From assembly GCA_965222605.1 (NCBI GenBank), contig OZ244960.1, positions 2,560,001 to 2,624,000 of the forward strand: a stretch of DNA of 64,000 nucleotides, in the 5' to 3' direction. The stretch is from Candidatus Latescibacterota bacterium (GTDB lineage: Bacteria; Latescibacterota; UBA2968). This document shows, piece by piece, positions 57,434-64,000 of the stretch. Each line of letters opens with the position of its first letter. The stretch's first letter is position 1. The translations under genes were made by a program, and so were the position numbers. The notes under the pieces were generated by a model. The model was not told the origin of the DNA. It did not search any database and was given only the letters and a program-made list of their open reading frames with translations.

Positions 57434-58880
57434 GCCTCAAGCCCATCATCTTCGACGCGATCTCGACCTCCTCGGCAAACGCCTTCACCTCATCGTCGTA
57501 CGTATCAAACGGCTCGCGGAAACTCAAATGGAATTCATTTTCCAAATACACCGAATCCCAATCCACAATATACCGCACCCGATTTTTCGACAACGTCTTC
57601 ACCATCGCCGCACGCGCCTTTGCCCGCGTATCAGCCGGAGGCGTCGTACAAGCCTGTTCAACGCGCTCATCCGTCAGCACCCGCTGCATCTTACCCTGCT
57701 GCACCAGATCAAAATACAACCCGCGATTGGGATCAATATTGTGATACTCCAGATCCAAACTCTGCAACCACGGATCGTTCCAACTCAAATTTTCCGACTC
57801 GCGAAACGCATCCAACAACCACTTCTTCGCCACCCAGTCCACACGATCTGTCAACTGCATCGGATCGGACTCCAGATCATCCAGCGTGCGCTCCCACTCA
57901 TCCAGCACCCAATCCGACTCCTCATCCAGACCTCTCAAGTGGCGTTGTGACAAATCCAAATAATTGCGCTGTACATCAATAGCCGAAATAGACCGCCCAT
58001 TCTGCCGATCCAGAATCCACTTATATGTTGGATCCCGCGAAATCTCCTTCAGTGCCCACACCGGATCACCCACCCCCATATCCTGAGGAAAAATTTTGCG
58101 CTCCAGAAGATTTAGCACCATCGCAGTCGTGCCAACCTTCAGAGCCGTCGCATACTCCGACATATTTGAATCGCCCACCAGAAGGTGCAAACGGCGGTAT
58201 TTGCTGTGATCTGCCAGCGGTTCATCTCGCGTATTGATAATCGCGCGAGAAAACTGGATCCACTGATAAATCTCTGTCACAATATGATCGGCACGCTGAG
58301 AAATCTGGAAAGAGACAGAATCCTCTGGATCAGCGGCATCTCGCACATTTTGCCCATAATAATAAAAACTGTCGTCATAACTGCCCACGCGACCTGCACC
58401 GCAAAAAATCTGGCGCGTCACCAAAAACGGCAACAGCGCGGGAATGACAACAGTTGAAAACGGCACATTGCGCCTGACCAGATAATTTTCATGACAGCCA
58501 AACGTCGCACCCGTATAATGATCGATATTATTCTTTAAAAACGACGCTTCTTTCGCCAACCCCAGCGCGTGCAATGCCCGGTGCAAAATGAGATCGCCAG
58601 CCCGATCAAACGCCACAATATCCCACAACCCCATACACTCCGGCGTGGCGTATTCCAGATGCCCCATATCGATATAAACCCGCCCCGCATTAAACAAAAA
58701 ACCCCCATTGCCCGGGGGTTCATCCCGTCCGCGATAGTGAATATCCACAATCCCCATTCGGTCAACGTGAAAAATGTGATCCTTCACCTTCACCGAAATC
58801 GTATCGGGACTCACAAAACCCTCGTGCTCGGGAGCCAAACACCCATATTCGGTTTCTATGCCAAAAATGCGATCTCTCAT
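57420..58880 (-). CDS. pafA: Pup/UBact-protein ligase
   Basis: RIFGIETEYG, FLFNAGRVYIDMGHLEYATPEC, KNNID, GCHENYL, IINTRDEP, RRLHLLVGDSN, DLEYH. Confidence 0.9.
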   Translation of the reverse strand: MRDRIFGIETEYGCLAPEHEGFVSPDTISVKVKDHIFHVDRMGIVDIHYRGRDEPPGNGGFLFNAGRVYIDMGHLEYATPECMGLWDIVAFDRAGDLILHRALHALGLAKEASFLKNNIDHYTGATFGCHENYLVRRNVPFSTVVIPALLPFLVTRQIFCGAGRVGSYDDSFYYYGQNVRDAADPEDSVSFQISQRADHIVTEIYQWIQFSRAIINTRDEPLADHSKYRRLHLLVGDSNMSEYATALKVGTTAMVLNLLERKIFPQDMGVGDPVWALKEISRDPTYKWILDRQNGRSISAIDVQRNYLDLSQRHLRGLDEESDWVLDEWERTLDDLESDPMQLTDRVDWVAKKWLLDAFRESENLSWNDPWLQSLDLEYHNIDPNRGLYFDLVQQGKMQRVLTDERVEQACTTPPADTRAKARAAMVKTLSKNRVRYIVDWDSVYLENEFHLSFREPFDTYDDEVKAFAEEVEIASKMMGLRRVKG

Positions 58881-58918
58881 GTGAGCCTCTCACTGACAGG
58901 GCGAGGCATGCCTCGCCC

Positions 58919-59710
58919 CTACAATATAAACTGTGCCAAAGCGGGCGAAATCTCTTCTGTATCGACATTGCGATATTTGTTTTTTCCCAACTGCGACCGC
59001 CCGAGCACCACCGCCTCCACCTCTAAATTTTCCAGCTCCGTACTAAGCACATCAGCCACATCGACTACCCCCGCCATCTGCTCGAGCTCTTCAGCATCGG
59101 TGGGCACCTCATCCATCTTCCCAACCCATCGTCCCATTGCCCAGGCGCGCAGCGCAGCACCCGCGGCATCCGACAAAGACAACGCGCCCGTATCCAAATC
59201 CGACAACTCGCGCCCCATCATCACATCCGCCTCCACAACGCCGCCCACAACAGCCCATCCCTCGTGACGGTGAAACGCGCCATCGTAATCCACAGAATAA
59301 AAAATCTGCGCCCCCTCCTGCCCGTCCAGCTCAGCGAGAAGCACCCGCGCCAAAAACGGAGAATGCACCACATCGTCAAACCCCGCCTTTATCGCAGGAC
59401 CGAGACCAAAATACACAATTTGACGCAGCGTCACATCGTCCTCTGAATAATTAAACCCAATCGAATGCGCCATATCAATCGCAGCCTGCCTGAGCCTCTC
59501 GATATCCGTGGAATGCCCAATAGCCGCAAGCCCAATGCGATTGTACACCTCAAACAATTTCTGCTGACTCTGCGACAGCGTCAGCAACAAAACACCGCTA
59601 TCGTATCCCACACCCACAACCGGACTACCCGCCCGAATTTGATCTTCAATATAATCGCGCCGATTCGCAACCGCCTCTGCCCAGCGATACGGCTCATCTG
59701 ACAACATCAT
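58919..59710 (-). CDS. prcA: 20S proteasome alpha subunit
   Basis: GSPVVG, QKLFEVYNRIG.AAIG...DIERLRQ, VDYDG; operon position. Confidence 0.85.
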   Translation of the reverse strand: MMLSDEPYRWAEAVANRRDYIEDQIRAGSPVVGVGYDSGVLLLTLSQSQQKLFEVYNRIGLAAIGHSTDIERLRQAAIDMAHSIGFNYSEDDVTLRQIVYFGLGPAIKAGFDDVVHSPFLARVLLAELDGQEGAQIFYSVDYDGAFHRHEGWAVVGGVVEADVMMGRELSDLDTGALSLSDAAGAALRAWAMGRWVGKMDEVPTDAEELEQMAGVVDVADVLSTELENLEVEAVVLGRSQLGKNKYRNVDTEEISPALAQFIL

Positions 59711-60510
59711 GCGCGTCCCGCCTCCTCCCCATCCACATATTGAACATAAAGCCGCCGCAACGCCTCGGTCTCAATCTCTTCCAGACCCGACGCCGTAATC
59801 GTCTTCACCGACGGAAAAATATCAGCCGAACGCTCGTATCGCCCCGTAGCCGAATCGTATTCCGACGCCGTATCCAAAAGCTGAAGCGCGTGCCCGATTG
59901 CCGTATCGCGGTCCATATCGACAAAACGCCGACCGCTCCAGCGATTCAAATAATACATCGCCCCGCGAATCGCCGGCGACCCCGACCCCGTCGTCGTAAA
60001 ATCGGCACTTTCAAACTGCGCCCCCAACGCATCGTAAAAATAAATTTTGCCCCGCGCATCCACCAGATCATACGTCGCAAAAATTGGAATCACAGCACCA
60101 ATACCCTGCATCGCCAGCGGCAAATTATCCTTAATCAACAGCGACAACCGGCGCAACTTCGCCTGCAAACTCATCTCCTGAAGCAAACGGCGGCGATAAT
60201 ACTGAAACGCATGCTCCAAAATGCGCGCGATCTCAAACGCAATAGCTGGCGAACCCGAAATCGCCATCACCGAATACGCATCCAGATCAACCACCTTATC
60301 CGCGCGGTCATAAAGCACCATATTGCCCGCTGTAGCGCGGCGATCACCTGCAACGAGCACCCCATCGGCATATTGAAATGCCAGAATCGTCGTCGCATCC
60401 GTCGGCTCAAAAGGCAAATCGCGCCCGGACTGTACATCGCCCAAATTCTCACCCGGAAACCGGTAGCCCGTTTGCCGCAGCAAATCGACAAAATCCCCAC
60501 CCGATTGCAT
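59707..60510 (-). CDS. prcB: 20S proteasome beta subunit
   Basis: Propeptide then TTILAFQYADGVLVAGDRRATAG, DKV (Lys33), GSGS, DSATG. Confidence 0.9.
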   Translation of the reverse strand: MQSGGDFVDLLRQTGYRFPGENLGDVQSGRDLPFEPTDATTILAFQYADGVLVAGDRRATAGNMVLYDRADKVVDLDAYSVMAISGSPAIAFEIARILEHAFQYYRRRLLQEMSLQAKLRRLSLLIKDNLPLAMQGIGAVIPIFATYDLVDARGKIYFYDALGAQFESADFTTTGSGSPAIRGAMYYLNRWSGRRFVDMDRDTAIGHALQLLDTASEYDSATGRYERSADIFPSVKTITASGLEEIETEALRRLYVQYVDGEEAGRA

Positions 60511-60513
60511 AAT

Positions 60514-60705
60514 CTACTCGCCTGTACGCTGGCGATAACGCCGCGCCTGGTTGGGATCAACGCGCCGCATGCGCCGCATCAAATCGCGCGTATCTGGCCG
60601 CTCCACCTTCGGGCGTGCGGGACCACCATCGCCATCATCGCCCGGACCAGGTCCTCCCGGATCGACCGGCTTCGTCCGTCGCTCAAACTGCAAGACCTTA
60701 TCCAT
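60514..60705 (-). CDS. ubact: UBact ubiquitin-like modifier
   Basis: 63-aa disordered protein ending YRQRTGE (R[T/S]G[E/Q] UBact motif, not the Pup GGE), located between dop and prcB. Confidence 0.9.
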   Translation of the reverse strand: MDKVLQFERRTKPVDPGGPGPGDDGDGGPARPKVERPDTRDLMRRMRRVDPNQARRYRQRTGE

Positions 60706-60740
60706 CTACGGCCTCCTTAATAAAAAAATGACCCACCTGC

Positions 60741-60886
60741 GGGCGAGGCATGCCTCGCCCCTACAAACCACAATATCTGCGGGCGGGCACGGGGACCCGC
60801 CCCTACAAACCACAATATCATCGTAGGGGACGGTCCCTGTGCCGTCCCGGATGTCCACCTGCGGGCGAGGCATGCCTCGCCCCTAC
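60741..60886. repeat. BIME-like cluster of four GTAG REPs between dop and ubact
   Basis: Two GGGCGAGGCATGCCTCGCCCCTAC, one GGGCGGGCAC..., one inverted GTAGGGGACGG...; repeated AAACCACAATATC spacer. Confidence 0.85.
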
Positions 60887-62412
60887 GGATCTACCTTCTC
60901 CAACGCCTCTAAAAAACCCTCCAACGTCTCCGCACTATCCAACACCTCATTATAACGCTCTACCCGCCCCGCATCCACCAATAATTTCATATCCACCGCA
61001 TGCTGGCGGCCATTGCGCTTAAACACTATGCGATCCCAATTAATCGACGACACATAATCGCCAAACTTCTCCAAACTGCGCCCTCGAAAATACGCCCGCG
61101 TACCCGAAGGCGGTTCCGACATCGCCGCGGCCACCTCATCATCGCCCACCAGACGCACCATCTGCCCCTGCGACTCCAGCAAATAATACAACCCCTCATC
61201 CCGATTCACATTGCTATATTCCAGATCCTGACTCTGCATCCAGAACAAATCATCGGGATTATCCCACGCCAGATTCTCCGCCTCGCAAAAACTATCGATC
61301 AGCCACTTCTTCGTCACCCAATCGCACACACCCACCAGATCCATCGGATCGCGACTCAATTTCCCCAGCACATCGTCCCACGCCGACAACACCCAATCCG
61401 TCTCTCGATCGCGCCCGGCAAACTCGCGCCGCGCCAACGCCAAAAACGCATCCTGAATTTCAACCGCGGGAACGAGGCGACTGCCCGGACCCTCGACCTC
61501 CACCAACCACGCATGCGACTGATCTCGAGCGATATTCTTCATCGCCGCAATCGGATCCTTCAACCGATAATCGGGCAAACAATCCGCCTCAATCAAATCG
61601 ATCACCAGCGCCGTTGTCCCCACCTTAAGCGCCGTCATATACTCCGACATATTGGCATCGCCCACAATGACATGCAACCGGCGATAACGCGCTGCATCTG
61701 CGTGGGGTTCATCGCGCGTATTCACAACGGGACGCTTGTGCATCGTATCCACACTCGCGATCACCTCAAAAAACTCCGCGCGCTGCGACAACTGATAAAT
61801 CGGCGCCCGATCCTCCCGCTCAACACCCACCTTGCCAGCCCCGCAAAAAATCTGCCGCGTGGGAAAAAACTGCAACAACCCCTTCAATATACGCTCGAAA
61901 GGCACCGAACGATCCATCAAATAATTCTCGTGGCACCCATAGCTATGCCCTTCAAAATCCGTATTATTCTTATACATCCGCACAGCACCCTGATCCAGTA
62001 TCTCCGTCCGCCGCTGCGCGCAAATATCGACAATGCGCTCCCCCGCCTTATCCTGTGCCACAAGCTCGAACAAACTCACGCACTCACCCGTCGAATACTC
62101 CGGATGCGTATGATCGTTATAAAACCGGGAACCATTGTAAATAATCAAATCGCTCTTCAATTCCACAAACGGAATCTTGCGCTTGCGATCCTGTTGCAAA
62201 TGCACCTTTTCATCGGCATCATTCAACAGATTTTTAACTTCAAACCCCCGGTCATCCCGACGGGGGTTTTCCAATCGATAATCCCACAACGGAACAAACT
62301 TGCCCTGCTGATAGCAGCGGATCAACTGCATCGACTCTTCCACCACATCGACCCTATCCACCCCGTCGATCGTGATCCCATATTCCGTTTCCAGCCCAAA
62401 CAAACGCGTCAT
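60883..62412 (-). CDS. dop: Depupylase/deamidase Dop homolog
   Basis: LFGLETEYG, WDYRLENPRRDDRGF (Dop loop), NGSRFYNDHTHPEYS, YGCHENYL, TRAYFRG. Confidence 0.9.
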   Translation of the reverse strand: MTRLFGLETEYGITIDGVDRVDVVEESMQLIRCYQQGKFVPLWDYRLENPRRDDRGFEVKNLLNDADEKVHLQQDRKRKIPFVELKSDLIIYNGSRFYNDHTHPEYSTGECVSLFELVAQDKAGERIVDICAQRRTEILDQGAVRMYKNNTDFEGHSYGCHENYLMDRSVPFERILKGLLQFFPTRQIFCGAGKVGVEREDRAPIYQLSQRAEFFEVIASVDTMHKRPVVNTRDEPHADAARYRRLHVIVGDANMSEYMTALKVGTTALVIDLIEADCLPDYRLKDPIAAMKNIARDQSHAWLVEVEGPGSRLVPAVEIQDAFLALARREFAGRDRETDWVLSAWDDVLGKLSRDPMDLVGVCDWVTKKWLIDSFCEAENLAWDNPDDLFWMQSQDLEYSNVNRDEGLYYLLESQGQMVRLVGDDEVAAAMSEPPSGTRAYFRGRSLEKFGDYVSSINWDRIVFKRNGRQHAVDMKLLVDAGRVERYNEVLDSAETLEGFLEALEKVDP

Positions 62413-63998
62413 ATCACACCATGCCCGGAGGTGCGGCGCTCTCGCCTGGGGCGAATCGGTGCTGCGCGCACCACATTTTCCGGATCGTAATCCAGCAACT
62501 TCAACCAATCCTCTGTATTATCCGTCGGCGGGAAAATCTCATTCTCGCTATACTCCATCTCAATCGCCGCGAGCATATCGTCAAAACCGATCCCCTCTAC
62601 CGAACCCGAAGCAATACACCGCTTAATCGCAATCTCCTTCGCGCGCTGCACAATAGACTCGAGAATTGCCCCACTGCACAAATCCCCGCGGCTCAGCACT
62701 TCCTTGCGACCGCTTCTAAGCATCACCTCTAAAAACCGCGTATCATCGCGCCTGACATATATCTCCGCAATCGTACGCGCCACCAGATCGTCAACCGCTG
62801 CCCGCACATTGCCATCCTGTGCATTTAACTCACCCTCTGCCACCGGCAAATCAGCCGTCAAATAAATACCCAAAATCTCGCGCGCCGCATCTTCGTCTGG
62901 CCGGATCACCTTAATTTTGCGATCAATACGCCCCGGCCGCAAAATCGCCGGATCGATCAAATCGGGACGATTGGACGTCAAAATAATCACCACATCATGC
63001 AAAGACTCGATCCCATCCATCTCGGCACAAAACATCGGCACAACCGTATTTGAAATATTGTGCGACCGAGTCGCCCGCCGCGTACCCAAAACCGACTCTG
63101 CCTCATCGATAAACACCACCGGCAAAAACCCCTCGCGCCGCTTCTCGCGCGCCTGAGAGAAAATCTCGCGCACCTTGCGCTCGGACTCCCCCAACCACAT
63201 ATTCAAAATCTCAGGCCCCTTAATATGCATAAAACACGCCTTGAGATTCAGTCCGTCTTCCTGCACCTGCTTCTCCAGATTGTACGCCGTCGCCTTCCCA
63301 ATCAAAGTCTTGCCACATCCCGGCGGGCCGTATAACAAAAACCCCTTGGGCGTACTGTAATGAAAACGCTTAAACAACTCCGGATGCAACACCGGCATCT
63401 CAATCGTATCTTTGATCGCCTGAATCGCCTTTTTTTGCCCACCGATTTTTTCCCACGGCAAATCGGGAACTTCCTCCAGATAAAAATCCTTAACTTCGGA
63501 ATGCGGCATCTTTTCCAGCGCCACGCGAAAAAGGGGATCAATACGCACCTCCTCGCCCGCCTTCAAAGACTCGCGCACCAGATCTGCCCCACGCAGGAGA
63601 ACATGCGTCTGCGAACCGTGTTCTTGCCCCACCTGCAAACGCCCATCGTCCAGCACATCGACAATTTTGCCCACCGTACCCGACGGAGACTCGCCCATAT
63701 CGCCCACCACGGCAAATGCCTCATTGACCAGCACCCGCGTCCCCACCTTCAAACGGCGTTCATCCAACCGCGCATCCACATTCGCATAATACTCCGACCC
63801 ACCCACCGTAATATACGCCACGCCATTTTCCGGCGGCGCCAACAACGTCCCCACCCGATTGGCCGGTGCAGTCACCTTCTCCAGCGTCCCTTCCAACTCC
63901 ACAATCGTGCGCCTCGCCTCCTCAAACGTAATCTCATCTTCCTGAAGCTGCCGGCGCAACTGGAATAAAAGGGGCCGCCGTCGATCTGTCTCATCCAT
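62409..63998 (-). CDS. arc: Proteasome AAA ATPase ARC/Mpa (true start may lie beyond the window)
   Basis: Coiled coil plus OB domains, LEEVPD, LYGPPGCGKT, IKGPEILN, FIDEAES, SNRPDLIDPAILRPGRID. Confidence 0.93.
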   Translation of the reverse strand: MDETDRRRPLLFQLRRQLQEDEITFEEARRTIVELEGTLEKVTAPANRVGTLLAPPENGVAYITVGGSEYYANVDARLDERRLKVGTRVLVNEAFAVVGDMGESPSGTVGKIVDVLDDGRLQVGQEHGSQTHVLLRGADLVRESLKAGEEVRIDPLFRVALEKMPHSEVKDFYLEEVPDLPWEKIGGQKKAIQAIKDTIEMPVLHPELFKRFHYSTPKGFLLYGPPGCGKTLIGKATAYNLEKQVQEDGLNLKACFMHIKGPEILNMWLGESERKVREIFSQAREKRREGFLPVVFIDEAESVLGTRRATRSHNISNTVVPMFCAEMDGIESLHDVVIILTSNRPDLIDPAILRPGRIDRKIKVIRPDEDAAREILGIYLTADLPVAEGELNAQDGNVRAAVDDLVARTIAEIYVRRDDTRFLEVMLRSGRKEVLSRGDLCSGAILESIVQRAKEIAIKRCIASGSVEGIGFDDMLAAIEMEYSENEIFPPTDNTEDWLKLLDYDPENVVRAAPIRPRRERRTSGHGVI

Positions 63999-64000
63999 CG

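Noticed and set aside
57177-57950. ORF with PSPFTLH repeats
   Set aside because: Translation of the heptamer microsatellite and REPs, antisense to pafA.
60514-60705. Actinobacterial Pup
   Set aside because: Ends RTGE rather than GG[E/Q] and lacks the Pup helix pattern; fits UBact.
60741-60886. Possible CRISPR array (palindromic repeats with spacers)
   Set aside because: The repeats differ from each other, the spacers are short and repeated, no cas genes are present, and the units match dispersed REPs.

Overview
Bacterial chromosomal window, gene-dense, with a strong C>G / A>T skew on the + strand. Its content (eight PhyH-family Fe(II)/2-oxoglutarate oxygenases, three sulfatases, three secreted proteins with a dockerin-like double EF-hand tag, many toxin-antitoxin remnants, a UBact-proteasome operon) suggests a Latescibacterota/Gemmatimonadota/Poribacteria-like organism, possibly a marine sponge symbiont (inference). 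Housekeeping or metabolic genes: pcp (partial), uronate isomerase, cysC, acnA, gpmI, an RlmB-like methyltransferase, a TRAP transporter, NamZ-like hydrolase and an ABC exporter. Accessory and decayed parts: an internally deleted hsdR, a DUF4365 module, a mini-IS256 and orphan antitoxins. GTAG- and CGTC-type REP palindromes fill the intergenic spaces, and five genes take their TAG stop from a REP. Best candidates for undescribed biology: (1) five PhyH paralogs whose metal-binding HxD is replaced by HxG/HxA/HxN, of which HxG/HxA is the signature of radical halogenases; (2) a translationally coupled QueF pair with one catalytically dead subunit, resembling a split bimodular QueF; (3) a redoxin plus heme-c/copper monooxygenase/dockerin module; (4) a nuclease-like/TM/tandem OB-fold protein. 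No rRNA, tRNA or CRISPR array was seen. All family assignments come from motif recognition by eye, not database searches.
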